Shown: piece by piece, positions 17,705 to 25,337 of the stretch
Position numbering within the stretch: position 1 is the first letter of the stretch
Layout: each line of letters opens with the position of its first letter
Virus record (IMG/VR): IMGVR_UViG_3300020308_000002
Coordinates: 10,576 to 74,575 of that record
DNA length: 64,000 nt
DNA from: a virus
Taxonomy: Duplodnaviria; Caudoviricetes
Strand: one strand, 5' to 3'
The notes under the pieces: generated by a model
Told to the model about the DNA's origin: nothing
What the model saw: the letters and a program-made list of their open reading frames with translations, nothing else
The model's database searches: none
Made by a program: the position numbers and the translations under genes

Positions 17705-17855
17705 CCAGCTACTACCTAGAGATGCTACTCAGTTAGATGAAGTAGATCAGTATCTAGAGTGTGCTACGGATTGTGCTATCAACGACAAGGATTGCAAAGA
17801 TGCCTGCTTAGAAGAAATGAAAGACGCCGCCCACTTAGACGTTCCTTCTTACTAA
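17688..17855 (+). CDS. Small Cys-rich acidic protein (C-x3-C-x6-C-x3-C)
   Basis: AGGAG Shine-Dalgarno before ATG 17688; DQYLECATDCAINDKDCKDACLEEMK. Confidence 0.65.
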   Translation: MPVIADQLLPRDATQLDEVDQYLECATDCAINDKDCKDACLEEMKDAAHLDVPSY

Positions 17856-18379
17856 TACTGATCTCTAATAACTGATCGAATCATCCAACAAGCTTTGGAT
17901 GTTTGAGCTAAGAGTTCAGCTAAATAGTTAGCAACATCATATAGGTCAGATGCTTCAACTGCTGGTTGAATCAATTTGATCATATTTTCTAGCGTCCCTA
18001 AGTTGTCGTAGTACACCTTAAGTTGAGCCGTGCCATCGTATGACTCAACATTTTTAAAACAAGAACCTAACGCATCCTTCAAACCACAGGCACACATCGG
18101 CATCCAATAATTCAAGATTCTTACAAATTCTCCTAATTGATCGAACTGTTCTAAATGCAGGTCATATTGATCTTTTAGGAAATTATGAATATCTAAGAAG
18201 TTTGAACCTTCGTAATTGAAGTGAATGAGATGTGATTGTGTCTGTAATTCCTTAACAAAAGAAGCTAATAAAACCAATTTCTGAGAAATATCACTGGATT
18301 GACAAGACTCTGGCTTGCTATTCATCATTAGCACTAGATTGTGCTGCTCAGGATTGTTTGAGGTCTCTGCTGTTTCCAT
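17852..18379 (-). CDS. dps: Dps/ferritin-like protein
   Basis: HLIHFNYEGSNFLDIHNFLKDQY...FDQLGEFVR matches the Dps HWNxxG..F..LH...E.Y...D..AER pattern; KACWMIRS C-terminus. Confidence 0.85.
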   Translation of the reverse strand: METAETSNNPEQHNLVLMMNSKPESCQSSDISQKLVLLASFVKELQTQSHLIHFNYEGSNFLDIHNFLKDQYDLHLEQFDQLGEFVRILNYWMPMCACGLKDALGSCFKNVESYDGTAQLKVYYDNLGTLENMIKLIQPAVEASDLYDVANYLAELLAQTSKACWMIRSVIRDQY

Positions 18380-18418
18380 AGGTTGACTGCTGTTGACCTT
18401 AGTTTAGGTTCTTAAGTT

Positions 18419-18440
18419 TGCAAACTTTCAACTATGCATT
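18419..18440 (+). promoter_or_regulatory. Degenerate 22-bp early motif, overlapped by the perfect palindrome AAGTTTGCAAACTT (18414-18427)
   Basis: TGCAAACTTTCAACTATGCATT, 15 nt before ATG 18456. Confidence 0.5.
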
Positions 18441-18455
18441 ATTTCTGCTTCGTTT

Positions 18456-19094
18456 ATGAACTCTGCAATTATTCAATCTCCAACAGGTATTCATCCTACG
18501 AGACCCAACCAAAAGATCCAAACTTATGGATTAGATCTTAATGCCCAATGGTTTGGCTGGGGTGCTAAAGCTGGTAGTCCAGAGTTTACTCTTGCTCCAG
18601 ATGAAGGCATTAGCTTCGTAGGTAAACCCATCGTTGGAATTGATTGGCATACAAGCCAAGGCGTCTCATGTCCTTACTTCAGGTTTGCTTTCCTTGAGCC
18701 AACTGAAGATCGTCAGACAAGACTGTCAGTAATCAAACTTAAATGCAATGGCAGTTCAACAAGTAACGGTAAGATCCTCGTGCAAAATCATGCTGCCTGT
18801 CTCGTTGGTGCTCTTCATGAGCTAGTACAACGAACCATCTTGTCCGACCTTGACTTGGAAGATATTTCAGGCACATTGTATGCAAGGAAAGGAGAAGGAC
18901 GTGAAGTTGTAAACCCAAGTACTGGCTTCAAAACCACGTTCAAAGGTACCTTCATCGATTGTTTCCTTGGCAACGATCAATTGCGATTCAAGCAAGCAGA
19001 TAGAGAACTCATGGCTTTCCAATCTCAAGTCAATGATCTCGCTGCCTCATTACACCAACCAGCTCCTTTTTTACAATCAGTTTCTGATGAATAG
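18456..19094 (+). CDS. Hypothetical protein
   Basis: 212-aa ORF. Confidence 0.75.
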   Translation: MNSAIIQSPTGIHPTRPNQKIQTYGLDLNAQWFGWGAKAGSPEFTLAPDEGISFVGKPIVGIDWHTSQGVSCPYFRFAFLEPTEDRQTRLSVIKLKCNGSSTSNGKILVQNHAACLVGALHELVQRTILSDLDLEDISGTLYARKGEGREVVNPSTGFKTTFKGTFIDCFLGNDQLRFKQADRELMAFQSQVNDLAASLHQPAPFLQSVSDE

Positions 19095-19353
19095 CCACAT
19101 ACACACCTCTAACGGAGAAGTTTTGGAAATCCCTGATTCAATTCCTCCAGCAAGCCTATCTCAGTACAGGCAAAAACATTTCCTCAAAGAAATAACTAAA
19201 CAGGAACTTCCCCCTGGAGGTGTCCTACCTAACTTGGAGTACATCCAATCTCATGTTCAAAGCATGAAACAAGAAGTTCCCACAATTCATCGACCTAAGG
19301 TCACTCGAATAGAGTTACTCATCGATGAAATGATTAATACATTAAACTCTTAA
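19087..19353 (+). CDS. Hypothetical protein (MNSHIHTSNGEVLEIP...)
   Basis: 8-nt overlap with the upstream stop. Confidence 0.6.
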   Translation: MNSHIHTSNGEVLEIPDSIPPASLSQYRQKHFLKEITKQELPPGGVLPNLEYIQSHVQSMKQEVPTIHRPKVTRIELLIDEMINTLNS

Positions 19354-19366
19354 TTGCATTCCCACC

Positions 19367-20458
19367 ATGAATCAATCACCAGCTACCGTCATGCCTTACA
19401 CCACCTCAGGGCTATGTACAAAAGATGTAGAAGATCCCGGCTCTGAAACTTTCAGGCCTGGCAAAGTCACTCGAGCAGACGCTAAGTTCTTCCAAGGACT
19501 TAAATCCGAATGTCGAGAATGGCAATCAACAGAAGAGCAATTGAAATCTATTGGTTGCAATTGGTTGGTCACTCCTGAACCTTTATATTCAAAAAGATAC
19601 GACAGAACATACCCCGAGATTGTTAATTGGTATACCAGTGATGGAGATCGACTAGGTCAATTCTCTAATTGCAGGCACATTATCCATCCTCAAGATGGTT
19701 TGAATTGGTACAAAGAGTTCATCCGTAAAACCAAAGCTGCTTTCTTGCAAGAACTCACGCTTGATGTCATAGGATATCTACCTGATCAAAGGGTTTTATA
19801 TTTTGCATCCAAGCTGACTGACATGAATCCTGAAAGGTTGAAAGAAGTTGGTGATACAACTGATTTCTTCCTCATGTTTAGTATCAATTACATGGAACCT
19901 AGAGCTATGAAAGCTCAGATCTGGGCTAACGAATTAGTCTGTGACAATGGCATGACACGTCGAATCAGAGATGGTCAGGCAACTATTAATCACAGAAAAG
20001 CTCGTGGAGAAGTTGATGTCTACCAAGCACTAGAAGCTGCTGTACTAGAAGCTAAGCGACATGTGTACATCAAGGAGAGTTTCATAGATACTCCTTGTGA
20101 TCTTTACGACGGAAAGAAATTAATTCGTACTTTCTTCAAAGATTTCATTCCAGAAGAAAATCGTAAATCTCAAATAGAGAATGTTTGGGAACCTGTGGAT
20201 TCCAGATATATTCAACAACTAGAGCATACTTACGTGCATGGCTTGATAGGTGGAGAATTAGAAACAAGAAAAGACAATCTCTTTCGTGTTCATTCAGCCA
20301 TAACCCAATTTACGAGCCACCATAAGCGAGTTAGAAACGGTGATGATTCTAGATTTGCCAAACAATTGGATGGCAACCTGTCAAGAATCAACACTCAGTT
20401 CACCAAGTTCCTACAGGAACAAACAACAGGTCACAATTACGATGCCATTTCGACGTAA
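19367..20458 (+). CDS. DUF932 / LGT_TIGR03299-family protein
   Basis: FLMFSINY...AQIWANELVCDNGM and ATINHR, family size and layout. Confidence 0.7.
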   Translation: MNQSPATVMPYTTSGLCTKDVEDPGSETFRPGKVTRADAKFFQGLKSECREWQSTEEQLKSIGCNWLVTPEPLYSKRYDRTYPEIVNWYTSDGDRLGQFSNCRHIIHPQDGLNWYKEFIRKTKAAFLQELTLDVIGYLPDQRVLYFASKLTDMNPERLKEVGDTTDFFLMFSINYMEPRAMKAQIWANELVCDNGMTRRIRDGQATINHRKARGEVDVYQALEAAVLEAKRHVYIKESFIDTPCDLYDGKKLIRTFFKDFIPEENRKSQIENVWEPVDSRYIQQLEHTYVHGLIGGELETRKDNLFRVHSAITQFTSHHKRVRNGDDSRFAKQLDGNLSRINTQFTKFLQEQTTGHNYDAIST

Positions 20459-20708
20459 ATCAGGAAAGACTGAAGGTCCCCGCTTTCAAGCAGGGGATCG
20501 AGTCTATAAAGCTAAGAATGGTAACACTGGACGGAAAGATGGAATCATCGTTTCACGAGAGGACATCAATTACAAAAATGGAGCCACTCATAAAGCTTAT
20601 TGGATTCGATTTGACAACAACCCTCGTTTACACCATCTTGAACAAAGACTCCTTAAACCAGTAGAAAATGGGCAAACACAAAAGGAAAACATACAGCCAA
20701 AAATATAG
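20442..20708 (+). CDS. SH3/KOW-like small protein
   Basis: FQAGDRVYKAK...GIIV...YWIRFDN. Confidence 0.6.
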   Translation: MPFRRKSGKTEGPRFQAGDRVYKAKNGNTGRKDGIIVSREDINYKNGATHKAYWIRFDNNPRLHHLEQRLLKPVENGQTQKENIQPKI

Positions 20709-20779
20709 ACTAAGAGAAGGTAGCTATAAGCGTTCCCTTCGCCACCAACTGAACACTGACGGTACCCACTTATTCCAAA

Positions 20780-20977
20780 ATGGACACATTGATGCTTCCG
20801 ACGTTAACGCCTCGAGAAAGATTCCTAATGCAAATAGAACAAGCAGCTAAAGCAGTTCTATCTAAGCAACCTAATGCCTTCTGTAACCTCTACCCCTTCT
20901 CATCCCAATGCCAGATCCCAACCACTTCTTTGAAGGTCGCAACCTTGAAGCCGACACAAAAGCAATACAAGAGTTAG
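20780..20977 (+). CDS. Hypothetical protein
   Basis: 65 aa; overlaps the next ORF. Confidence 0.4.
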   Translation: MDTLMLPTLTPRERFLMQIEQAAKAVLSKQPNAFCNLYPFSSQCQIPTTSLKVATLKPTQKQYKS

Positions 20978-21180
20978 TCGATAGACCACAAGATGTCGAG
21001 TACTCCATCTCTGAACTTTTGTTTATAAGGACAGCAATAGATCATGTACCAGCTACTAACAACGAAGAAAAGAAAGTTAAAGATACGATGATTTCTAAAA
21101 CTAATGCATTTGTAAAAGAGATCATGTATAGCAAGAACAAGACAAGAAACTCCCACTCCAGACTTGACCGACTAGATTAA
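20908..21180 (+). CDS. Hypothetical protein
   Basis: 90-aa helical ORF. Confidence 0.65.
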   Translation: MPDPNHFFEGRNLEADTKAIQELVDRPQDVEYSISELLFIRTAIDHVPATNNEEKKVKDTMISKTNAFVKEIMYSKNKTRNSHSRLDRLD

Positions 21181-21335
21181 GTTTATTGGCGTGGGAGTAC
21201 TAGGAGAATAAGGGAGTACTCCTTGTAAGCCCAAGCTAGATCCTCTGGGTTTGGTGGAGCTCAGAGGATTCCAGTCTTTACTTTACAAATCCACAAAGAT
21301 AAGTTACTCTCCTCTTGGGAAGTGAACAGCCTATT

Positions 21336-21370
21336 ACCCTCTCCGTCTTGCATAGCGGAGGGGGTTTTTT
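21336..21370 (+). terminator. Intrinsic terminator
   Basis: ACCCTCTCCGT-CTTGCATA-GCGGAGGGGGT then T-tract. Confidence 0.8.
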
Positions 21371-21372
21371 CA

Positions 21373-21394
21373 TGCAGTAATTCAACGATGCATT
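21373..21394 (+). promoter_or_regulatory. 22-bp early motif, copy 9
   Basis: TGCAGTAATTCAACGATGCATT directly before ATG 21395. Confidence 0.8.
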
Positions 21395-22087
21395 ATGCCT
21401 TTACTGGGGCCTGCATATTTTAAATTCAGCCCTCCAAACATGAAGTTCAAAAAGACTCTGCAACAGCAAGGTCTTTATATTATTAATTTCAGTCTTCCTG
21501 CTGGTCGTGCCTGCCCTGGTGCCGACAAATGCTGGGCAATGGCTACCGTTGATCCTGACGGTAAAGTCACATTAAAAAAGGGCGTGGACAACGAGTACAT
21601 CTGCTATGCCGCTAAAGGCGAAGTGGTGTATGCGAATGTCCGTAGAGCTCGTGCTCACAACAAAGCACTTATCGACGGTCTATCTACCCATGAGATAGTC
21701 GACCTGATGCTTCTCTCTCTTGAGTTCAATTACAAAAGTCTCATCAAAAAAGCCAACTTATTTAGATGGCATGTCTCGGGAGATTTCTATCTACCTAAAT
21801 ACAGGGATGCGATTTTTATTCTTACTCAAGAGTTACCCAACCTCATTCATTACGCCTATACGAAAAATCTTCCTTTATTCAAAGATGTCAAAAAACCTGA
21901 CAACTTCAGACTCAACGCTAGTTGGGGTGGTCGCTTCGACCATATGATTAACTCCAAAGACTTTCCACGCTCTGCTCGAGTCGTCAAAGACCAAGCAGAA
22001 GCAGACAAACTCGGTCTACCAGTCGATGTCAATGACTCCTTGGCATTCGGTGAGATCGACCAAAACTTTGCCCTTATTGATCATTAA
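21395..22087 (+). CDS. GP88-family (radical-SAM-like) protein
   Basis: FSLPAGRACPGADKC...CYAAKG, FRWHVSGDFY, and YAYTK motifs. Confidence 0.75.
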   Translation: MPLLGPAYFKFSPPNMKFKKTLQQQGLYIINFSLPAGRACPGADKCWAMATVDPDGKVTLKKGVDNEYICYAAKGEVVYANVRRARAHNKALIDGLSTHEIVDLMLLSLEFNYKSLIKKANLFRWHVSGDFYLPKYRDAIFILTQELPNLIHYAYTKNLPLFKDVKKPDNFRLNASWGGRFDHMINSKDFPRSARVVKDQAEADKLGLPVDVNDSLAFGEIDQNFALIDH

Positions 22088-22089
22088 TT

Positions 22090-22548
22090 ATGTCAAACTT
22101 CACCAAAGACAAACAAGTCACATGGAATCCATTAGTCCTTGCCTACGAAAATGTAGAACAAGGTTACATGGAATTCAAATCAGAAGAAGAATTAAATATT
22201 TACAAGAAACAAATCAAGAACAGAGAGATCGTTGACTTAGCTACCGTTGAAGATGACAAAGATATAAAAGTTGAAATACAACAAACCACTTTATATGTGG
22301 CTTACCCTCGTAAAGATATTACGTTTAACTGCGATTTACCTGAGGATGAATACTACCCATTCGATAAGACCGAAGTAACTAGTCCAGAAGGTGACTCTTT
22401 CTCTAGTAAAACAGAGAACGAACAATTCGTTGGTGATGTGGTTACTAAATGGGCGGGAGTTCCAAAAGATACACCATTCAGTTCAGATCAAGAGAACACT
22501 TTCATGAAAATGATTAACAGCATTTTCGATAGCAAGGAGGAATCATGA
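22090..22548 (+). CDS. Acidic hypothetical protein
   Basis: 152-aa ORF in operon. Confidence 0.7.
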   Translation: MSNFTKDKQVTWNPLVLAYENVEQGYMEFKSEEELNIYKKQIKNREIVDLATVEDDKDIKVEIQQTTLYVAYPRKDITFNCDLPEDEYYPFDKTEVTSPEGDSFSSKTENEQFVGDVVTKWAGVPKDTPFSSDQENTFMKMINSIFDSKEES

Positions 22549-22730
22549 AGATAGAAGATGCTATGAAGACCAAAAACTTCCTCCCTTGGATGCGTCTCGA
22601 AATTCTGGAAGCCAAATCAGAGAGAGAAGCTTTAGAGTTTCTGCTCGACGAGTGGTTATTCCCTTGGCAGCAAGACGCATATGATGAATGGTTCCAAGCT
22701 AATCGTGGTTGGCTTAAGGAGGAATCATGA
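22545..22730 (+). CDS. Hypothetical protein
   Basis: AGGAGG SD and ATGA coupling. Confidence 0.7.
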   Translation: MKIEDAMKTKNFLPWMRLEILEAKSEREALEFLLDEWLFPWQQDAYDEWFQANRGWLKEES

Positions 22731-22921
22731 TGGATCAAAAAACTAGAGACAAAATTATTCATCGATGTGAAATTTTACAGTACATGGGCGATGCCTCTAT
22801 CTGTTCTGATTACGATCAAATTCCTCCCGATGAATTGATGAAAGATTATGGATGGGTTTTAGAAAAAGCCCATGACGATTTAGACAGGTACAAGATCCAA
22901 TGCACTATTACAGATGACTAA
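22727..22921 (+). CDS. Hypothetical protein
   Basis: AGGAGG SD and ATGA coupling. Confidence 0.7.
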   Translation: MMDQKTRDKIIHRCEILQYMGDASICSDYDQIPPDELMKDYGWVLEKAHDDLDRYKIQCTITDD

Positions 22922-23138
22922 ATTCACCAAGAAATTTAATCATGCCTTTTGGTTGGGATTCTCAGTCGACACAGACAATGAAGACTTCCCTACAGAACAA
23001 GAAATCCTACATGCTTTAGCAGGTAGGCTTACAGGCATTCTTGATCCGACTCCACACCCTTCTAACGGGAACCTGCTCAGTGAGCTGAAGCAGGAATTGG
23101 ATGGACCTCACGACACTTACACAAACGAGGAAAACTAA
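22914..23138 (+). CDS. Hypothetical protein
   Basis: 74 aa, overlapping operon arrangement. Confidence 0.65.
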   Translation: MTKFTKKFNHAFWLGFSVDTDNEDFPTEQEILHALAGRLTGILDPTPHPSNGNLLSELKQELDGPHDTYTNEEN

Positions 23139-23296
23139 TGCCAAAAGCACTAGAAGAACAATTTCGTGAGTGGTTAAAAACGTGTCCTGTCGAGGTCACA
23201 TTTGTTCAAGACAATAGTTCAGAGGGGTATGTCGGATATGCGGTTGACTTTGAACTTAACCCTAACCCTCACAAGGAGAACAATGAAAGAACTTAA
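23138..23296 (+). CDS. Small protein with F-x-x-WL-x-x-CPVE motif (52 aa)
   Basis: TAATG coupling; MPKALEEQFREWLKTCPVEV, translated by hand. Confidence 0.65.
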   Translation: MPKALEEQFREWLKTCPVEVTFVQDNSSEGYVGYAVDFELNPNPHKENNERT

Positions 23297-23483
23297 AACG
23301 TGGAGATTGACTGCTTCCAAGACAATCACTTACACCACAACAGTCGATGCCTTTGACCGCATCGAAGCTGAATCCATGTCTAGATCAGCAGGTCTGGATT
23401 GGCAAATGATTCAAGACGATGAGCTGGAGATGGAAGAGAACACTGGCTACAACGTTCACACTATCGAGGAGGTCGAAGGATGA
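23283..23483 (+). CDS. Hypothetical protein (MKELKTWRLTASK...)
   Basis: AGGAG SD before ATG 23283. Confidence 0.65.
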   Translation: MKELKTWRLTASKTITYTTTVDAFDRIEAESMSRSAGLDWQMIQDDELEMEENTGYNVHTIEEVEG

Positions 23484-23626
23484 ATAAAAACATCGTCGCC
23501 AAACAAACATTCATTGATTGGTTAGCTGAATGCCCTGTGGAGGCTATCCGTAACGATGATCTCAACTTCGGAGACCATGAGGACTCTGAAGAAATTAACT
23601 ACTCTTTTTACATTCCTTATGAGTGA
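23480..23626 (+). CDS. Small protein with F-x-x-WL-x-x-CPVE motif (48 aa)
   Basis: ATGA coupling; MNKNIVAKQTFIDWLAECPVEA, translated by hand. Confidence 0.65.
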   Translation: MNKNIVAKQTFIDWLAECPVEAIRNDDLNFGDHEDSEEINYSFYIPYE

Positions 23627-23789
23627 CGAAACTAACACCAACAGTCTTCAAAGACATTATCAAGATGTCTTAGACGAATGCCCTGAGTACTCTGATCCGT
23701 CCAGTGCTCATTACGATCTTGCACATTGTGCAGACCTAGCCCAAATTCGTTTCGACAGAGAAGCAGATGGCTTCTACAACGACAACTAA
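23619..23789 (+). CDS. Small acidic protein
   Basis: MSDETNTNSLQRHY..., overlaps the previous stop. Confidence 0.55.
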   Translation: MSDETNTNSLQRHYQDVLDECPEYSDPSSAHYDLAHCADLAQIRFDREADGFYNDN

Positions 23790-23806
23790 CTCCAACCCTT
23801 ATCCCC

Positions 23807-24181
23807 ATGTCTAAATTCGTCATGATGAAAACACCCTCAAGAGAAGAATTCGATGACTTCATTAACCAGTCTCCTGTAGAAATTCTTACCAAAGAAGAAA
23901 CAGAACAGGTGTATAACACTGGTGGAAAAATGTATGTCAAAGTTAATTATTCTTTCAAAGTTCCATTTTCTAAAATTCAATATGAAGAATACTGCTTTCA
24001 AAAATGCTTGATGGATCTATTGAGAAACTACTGCGAGAACCAAAGAATTCAATTTGGTGCAGTAGATGACATCCTTGCAAAGCCTCAAGACAACTTTGAT
24101 CAAGAAAAAGTACTAACTGGCGCACAGAAGTCAGTTCTATTAAATTACAGCAAGATCTGGGACAAGCTGCTTGACTCTTAA
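23807..24181 (+). CDS. Hypothetical protein with a related N-terminal motif (FDDFINQSPVEI)
   Basis: ATG 23807; overlaps the MTase start. Confidence 0.65.
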   Translation: MSKFVMMKTPSREEFDDFINQSPVEILTKEETEQVYNTGGKMYVKVNYSFKVPFSKIQYEEYCFQKCLMDLLRNYCENQRIQFGAVDDILAKPQDNFDQEKVLTGAQKSVLLNYSKIWDKLLDS

Positions 24182-25337
24182 AATACTCGATGCCTTCGCT
24201 GGTATAGGAGGATTCTCATACGCAGCCGAGAGGTTGGTCGGTGGCTTTGAAACTAAACAATTCATTGAAATCGACCCTTACTGTCAGTCAGTTTTAAAGA
24301 AGAATTTCCCCAACGTTCCTATACACAATGACATTACCACATTCCAGTCATACCAAGGAGAGTACGACTTACTCACAGCCGGATTTCCTTGCCAAGATTT
24401 GTCCGTGGCTGGATCGCAGAAGGGTATTGGAGAGGGAACTCGCAGCGGTCTTTTCTACGAAGTCATGCGAGTGGTTAGGATCGTTCGACCTCGATTCGTC
24501 TTACTTGAAAACGTTAGAAATCTTATCTCGCACAAGCAAGGGGAAACCTTCCAAGAAATTCTCTTTCAAATTGCCCAAGCAGGGTACGATGCTGAATGGT
24601 CGATTGTTTCAGCTAGAGATTTGGGAGCCTGTCACAAGCGCGAGCGAATCTGGATCATTGCCTACCCCAAACACGATGGATTCCCTCCCTCTGAGGAGCA
24701 AAGAATCCATGATCAAGCAAGTGACAGAGACAAGGCCAGGAAGGACGAAGCTATCCAATCTCAGGGAAGCAGTGAATCCAGAAGCGATTCAAATGTTCGA
24801 GGAACTTCGCAGTCCACTACTGCCAACTCCGAGAGCACAGGAACCGGGGAACACCAACCACGGTTACGGAGACAACCTGAAGGAGGGAGTTTGCAAGGAG
24901 CTGGGGATACCAACCAAGAAGTATCCGACCCTACCAACTCCGACAGCACGAGACCACAAGGACTCGGGTCCGAATCTCAATTACGAGAAGGCTCACCAGA
25001 AAAGAAGGCTAGCTGGTTCGGCGGTCGTCTTGACGAACAACCTACCAACCCCATGTGCTCGGGATTGGAAGGGCAGATCAGGCCAAGGTTTCCAGGATCG
25101 ATCAGGTGGCAGACCACGCCAACTTCCGGACGCCTTAACCCACGCTGGAGGGAGTACTTATCTCAACCCACACTTTGTAGAGGAGATGATGGGTTATCCA
25201 ATAGGATATCTCGTCTAAAGGCACTCGGAAATACTATCGTTCCGGCTTGTGCTGCAGTTCCTCTACAAAGAATCAAACACTTATCCACTTACCCCCACTA
25301 TGAAAGTGACAACTTCAAAAACAAAAACTCCTCTTGA
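24171..25337 (+). CDS. C5-cytosine DNA methyltransferase, alpha polypeptide (motifs I-VIII and X)
   Basis: LDAFAGIGG (I), AGFPCQDLS (IV), LLENV (VI), HKRERIWIIA (VIII), LKALGNTIVP (X); no motif IX in this frame. Confidence 0.92.
   Translation: MTLKILDAFAGIGGFSYAAERLVGGFETKQFIEIDPYCQSVLKKNFPNVPIHNDITTFQSYQGEYDLLTAGFPCQDLSVAGSQKGIGEGTRSGLFYEVMRVVRIVRPRFVLLENVRNLISHKQGETFQEILFQIAQAGYDAEWSIVSARDLGACHKRERIWIIAYPKHDGFPPSEEQRIHDQASDRDKARKDEAIQSQGSSESRSDSNVRGTSQSTTANSESTGTGEHQPRLRRQPEGGSLQGAGDTNQEVSDPTNSDSTRPQGLGSESQLREGSPEKKASWFGGRLDEQPTNPMCSGLEGQIRPRFPGSIRWQTTPTSGRLNPRWREYLSQPTLCRGDDGLSNRISRLKALGNTIVPACAAVPLQRIKHLSTYPHYESDNFKNKNSS
24328..25218 (+). CDS. Nested +1-frame ORF: putative MTase beta polypeptide carrying motif IX and four LPTP repeats
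   Basis: 296 stop-free codons inside the MTase; C-terminal LNPHFVEEMMGYPIGYL; LPTPNTMD, LPTPRAQE, LPTPTARD, LPTPCARD. Confidence 0.8.
   Translation: MTLPHSSHTKESTTYSQPDFLAKICPWLDRRRVLERELAAVFSTKSCEWLGSFDLDSSYLKTLEILSRTSKGKPSKKFSFKLPKQGTMLNGRLFQLEIWEPVTSASESGSLPTPNTMDSLPLRSKESMIKQVTETRPGRTKLSNLREAVNPEAIQMFEELRSPLLPTPRAQEPGNTNHGYGDNLKEGVCKELGIPTKKYPTLPTPTARDHKDSGPNLNYEKAHQKRRLAGSAVVLTNNLPTPCARDWKGRSGQGFQDRSGGRPRQLPDALTHAGGSTYLNPHFVEEMMGYPIGYLV

Noticed and set aside
19340-19366. Possible degenerate motif copy (AAACTCTTAATTGCATT) before the DUF932 gene
   Set aside because: The core lacks CAAC and no terminator precedes it; too weak to count. The same applies to AAACTCAAC near 17566
10717-21394. 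22-bp repeats as a CRISPR array
   Set aside because: Spacing is about 250-550 bp or more and irregular, the intervals are genes plus terminators rather than 30-40 bp spacers, and no cas operon is present
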